Source: Limisphaerales bacterium
GTDB lineage: Bacteria; Verrucomicrobiota; Verrucomicrobiia; Limisphaerales; UBA11358
NCBI GenBank assembly: GCA_025362675.1
Contig: JANYFN010000054.1
Coordinates: 10,563-74,562 of the forward strand
Reading direction: 5' to 3'
DNA length: 64,000 bases
Shown here one piece after another: positions 63,301-64,000 of the stretch. The position numbers were made by a program, and so were the translations under genes. Within the stretch, counting starts at the first letter, position 1. Each line of letters opens with the position of its first letter. Below the pieces are notes generated by a model, which did no database searches, was not told where the DNA came from, and saw nothing but the letters and a program-made list of their open reading frames with translations.

Positions 63301-64000
63301 AGCACGGTGGAAAAGTTTGTCAACGTCGGCCTCTTGAATTTGAATCCGCCGTTCAACGGCCTGGCCTCATTTGGCCAGACCAATACGGTGTTGCGCATCA
63401 TCAATGCTAATTTTCAGGGTTTCTTGAATTTGAGCGCGAGTGCCTATAACGCCAATTTGAGCGATGGCTCGGTAGTAGTCACGGTTACCCGCACCGTCGG
63501 CAGCAAAGGGACATTAACGGTGCAATACGCCACGACCAACGGCACGGCGGTGAGCGGCACGGACTATGTCGGTTCCACGAACACCTTGTCTTGGAATAAT
63601 GGCGATGTGACGCCGCGCACGATTACGATTCCCTTGTTGAACAATGGATTGGTTGGGGCGGGCAAGCAGTTTGGCATCAATCTATTCAATCCCGCTTTGA
63701 ACGCGGTGAGCACGCCGGCCCTGTTTGCGGCGAATGGCATCACCAATGCCGTCATCAATCTCAACAACAATAATTCCTACGGCCAGTTCTCGTTCAGTTC
63801 GCCGGTGTATGTGGTGAATGAGCAGGGTGGCTCGGCCGCGATCACGGTCATCCGCACGGGCGGAACCAATGGCACGGCGACGGTCAATTATGCCACGTCC
63901 GATAATACGGCCTACGCGGTGACCAACTATGTGGCGACGAATAACACGCTCACATTTGTTCCAGGCCAACTGGCGGCCACCTTCCAAGTGAAGATTATCA
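51310..64000 (+). CDS. Giant secreted Calx-beta / delta-60-repeat propeller protein, 5' part (>4230 codons; continues beyond the window)
   Basis: Frame 1 is open from the TGA at 51253-51255 to the window end. The track lists no + frame-1 ORF here because there is no stop in the window. The GTG at 51310, preceded by GGAG (51299-51302), gives the signal peptide (M)[39 protein letters not shown]. Spot translations at 52441, 55561, 56959, 59401, 60001, 61261, 62761 and 63961 are all open. Calx-beta-type units (..[46 protein letters not shown]..) alternate with delta-60-type blades (..[33 protein letters not shown]..). Confidence 0.85.
   Translation, partial: [4230 protein letters not shown]

Overview
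This ~64-kb chromosomal window reads like a Verrucomicrobiota (PVC-group) genome; that assignment is inferred from gene content, not computed.

- **1-9.9 kb:** the distal spc and alpha ribosomal-protein operons (rpsQ fragment, rplN, rplX, rplE, rpsN, rpsH, rplF, rplR, rpsE, rplO, secY, map, infA, rpmJ, rpsM, rpsK, rpsD, rpoA, rplQ). They end in a clean intrinsic terminator. rpmD and adk are absent, and several r-proteins carry low-complexity tails.
- **10-35 kb:** mixed housekeeping and accessory genes.
  - A 1111-aa secreted M36 (fungalysin-type) protease, cutA and queD.
  - A LuxC/LuxE-type acyl-CoA reductase plus acyl-protein synthetase pair.
  - A vapBC module whose toxin is broken by a 13-bp tandem duplication.
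  - NlpC/P60, mrp, sufD-sufU, a CDP-alcohol phosphatidyltransferase, bcp and two response regulators.
  - tRNA-Gly(GCC), hom-thrC, an acyltransferase-TPR fusion, cca and smr.
  - DUF1080, GT9, a phosphoesterase and acyP.
- **35-41.7 kb:** a type IV pilus-like alignment/secretin cluster. It holds a PilM-PilN fusion, two bitopic proteins and a 984-aa secretin with a TPR head and a poly-Gly insert. It resembles the Akkermansia Amuc_1101-1098 locus as I recall it. A stand-alone 5'-3' exonuclease overlaps the secretin stop.
- **42.7-64 kb:** four tightly packed same-strand genes for signal-peptide proteins with no recognisable enzymatic domain.
  - A 7-blade propeller.
  - A 1192-aa Cys-paired repeat protein.
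  - A 1001-aa beta-helix-like protein.
  - A giant of more than 4230 aa built from Calx-beta and delta-60 propeller modules. It runs off the window edge, so it is missing from the ORF track.

The most unusual sequence-level signal is a family of heptamer-phased TGA/TCA arrays. Most share a CACGCATCAC core; one is an ATGA-type variant. They sit exactly on gene boundaries, and one copy lies in frame inside the LuxC-like gene.

I saw no rRNA, CRISPR array, transposase or integrase.
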